From Squalus acanthias (Eukaryota): a stretch of 64,000 nucleotides of DNA. Made by a program: the position numbers and the translations under genes. The notes under the pieces were generated by a model. That model saw only the letters and a program-made list of their open reading frames with translations. It had not been told where the DNA came from and did not search any database. The stretch spans positions 49,600,001 through 49,664,000 of the forward strand of contig CM059435.1 of the NCBI GenBank assembly GCA_030390025.1, read 5' to 3'. Positions 61,950-64,000 of this stretch are shown here, in pieces (positions within the stretch are counted from its first letter, which is position 1; each line of letters opens with the position of its first letter).

Positions 61950-62457
61950 GGATTGCACTAGAGAGGGTACAGAGGAGATTTACAAGGATGTTGCCAGGAC
62001 TGGAGAATTTTAGCTATGAGGATAGATTGGATAGGCTGGGGTTGTTTTCTTTGGAACAGAGGAGGCTGAGGGGTGACTTGATTGAGGTGTATAGAATTAT
62101 GAGGGGCCTAGATAGAGTGGGTAGGAAGCCCCTATTTCCCCTACCAGAGAGCTCAATAACCAGAGAGCACAGATTTAAAGCAATTGGTAGAAGGATTAGA
62201 GGGGAGTTGAGGAGAACTTTTTTCACCCAGGGGGTGGTGAGGGTCTGGAACTCACTGCCTGAAAGGGTGGTAGAGGCAGAAATGCTCATCACATTTTAAA
62301 AGTACTCGGATATGCACTTGAAGTGCCGTAACCTACAAGGCTATGGACCAAGAGCTGGAAAGTGAGATTAGGCTGGATAGCTCTTTTTCGACTGGTGTAG
62401 TCATGATGGGCTGAATGGCCTCCTTCTGTGCTGTAAATTTCAATGATTCTATGATTG
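61950..62457 (+). mobile_element. CR1 3' fragment
   Basis: ORF IALERVQRRFTRMLPG..VWNSLP and GATTCTAT tail. Confidence 0.9.
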
Positions 62458-62484
62458 CAGTTCAAGGCACCTGTTGATGAAACA

Positions 62485-62580
62485 GAAGTAGAAACTGCTG
62501 GAAACACTCAGCAGGTAAGCCAGCCTCTGTGGAGGGAACAGGTAAGTTAACGTTTGGGATGTAGACCCTTCGTCAGGGTA
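62485..62580 (-). mobile_element. Penelope-derived terminal fragment with decayed hammerhead
   Basis: Minus strand CTGACGA-AGGGTCTACATCC-CAAACGTTAAC. Confidence 0.55.
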
Positions 62581-62937
62581 GAGAGCACTTCACTCAACAT
62601 CTGGCCTTGCTATATCTTACCTAGAAATGATTGATATCGATACTGGCTACAAAAAGATATTCAATTCACTGGTAAAGTTTGGTGTTGCTCCTACACTACT
62701 TCCTGATTTACCTCATCTTCTTTCTTGTGGCTGTTAAATTAGATACGACTAGTCTAAACTAAACTCCTGTGAGTATAAATGTTCTATTGAAATCATTACT
62801 GACTCTTGCAGGTAGAGTTACTGATTTGATTACTGGACTTCAGTTACTTTTTTACAATGAACAACATTGATAAACTTCACATGAATGAATAGTGATGTTA
62901 TACATAAGACATATTACGTTGTTGTCTGCTATTCTTT

Positions 62938-63477
62938 GGGGTAGAAATTGGTCCCCAGTGCGCCCGTTTACCGGGCAGAAAATTGGGGCAAAAATGACCA
63001 TTTATGCAGGGCTTTGCCCTGTACCCCAAGGATGGCCATGTTAGCATCAGATGATTTGCAGGCATCATGGGCTGCTGCCATAAACAGGCGTTTGGCCCTT
63101 TGAATATGTGAATGAGGGGCCGAGTGCCTGTTTAAAGCTCTTTAGGTGGTATGGAGGGGAGCAGGCATGAGGCCGGCTCCTCTCAACTTTTTGGTTCAAC
63201 AAGGTAAGTAAACTTTTATTTGTGTTCCTCCCAGCTCTACTGCACTCCTGAAGATTGCTGCCGGCCCACAATCACACCCCCCCCCCATTCTCCTGTCCTC
63301 TCCTGGGACCTACCTGATGCCCAACTTTGTCCTCATGGAACCGCCGAGCCGCCTAGGGACGCCCAATTGGCATCCGCAGCTTGCCAGCGAAATGCTAATA
63401 AGGCCCGATGTCCAATTTCAGGTAAGTCTAGGGCCTCTAAGTCCTGGTGCGAGCTCCCAGCCAAAAATTTTCACCCC
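62938..63477. mobile_element. Harbinger-type MITE
   Basis: TIRs GGGGTAGAAATT / AATTTTCACCCC; TTT TSD. Confidence 0.75.
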
Positions 63478-63481
63478 TTTT

Positions 63482-64000
63482 AGAACATAAGAACATAAGA
63501 AATAGGAGCAGGAGCAGGAGTAGGCCATTTGGCACCTTGAGCCTGCTCCGCCATTCAATAAGATCATGGCTGATCTTCTAACACAACTCCACTTTCCTAC
63601 ACTATACCACAGAAGGCAGTTGAGGCCAATTCATTAAATATATTCAAGAAGGAGTTAGATATATTTCTTAAGGCTAAAGGGATCAAGGGATATGGGGAGA
63701 AAGCAGGGACAGGGTACTGAATTTGGATGATCTATGTTTCTATGTTACTATCCACATTTCCCTTGATTCTCTTAATATCCAAAAATCTATCGATCTCTGT
63801 CTTGAATATACTCAACGACTGAGCCTCCACAGCCCTCTGGGGTAGAGAATTCCAAAGATTCACCACTCTCTGAATGAAGAAATTTCTCCTCATCTCAGTC
63901 CTAAATGGTCTACCTCTTATTCTGAGACTGTCACCCCTGCTTCTAGATTCCCCAGCCAGGGGAAACATCCTCCCTGCATCTACCCTGTCAAGCCCTGTAA
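63482..64000 (-). mobile_element. CR1 3' end (runs off the window) containing an opposite-strand CR1 tail at about 63603-63747
   Basis: AGAACATA repeats and ORF 63732-63968. The insert closely matches 40692-40820, with ACTAT on both sides. Confidence 0.85.

Overview
Vertebrate nuclear DNA, almost certainly from a shark or ray, judged from an HE1/V-SINE, Deu-domain SINEs and elasmobranch-type CR1 tails. Most of the window is transposon-derived: many CR1 LINEs, L2 tails, Penelope fragments with hammerhead-ribozyme motifs, two Tx1-type LINE ends, a solo LTR, a hAT MITE and a large PIF/Harbinger set. The Harbinger set comprises four autonomous-type copies and about eight GG(G)-ended MITEs, most with readable 3-bp target-site duplications (TSDs). 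The only recognisable host coding sequence is a single-exon SPATA25-like ORF (15563-16312, +). The most notable items are: (i) a full-length 4.16-kb Harbinger (18639-22802) with an intact DDE transposase ORF and a convergent, frameshifted 3-exon Myb/SANT gene; (ii) two Tx1 LINE ends stacked at one 13-bp site inside another Harbinger, possibly a LINE that targets a DNA transposon; (iii) a SPATA25 homolog in a cartilaginous fish; (iv) minimal hammerhead motifs at Penelope ends. All calls come from manual reading and recalled family motifs; no database search was run, so novelty is not established for any item.
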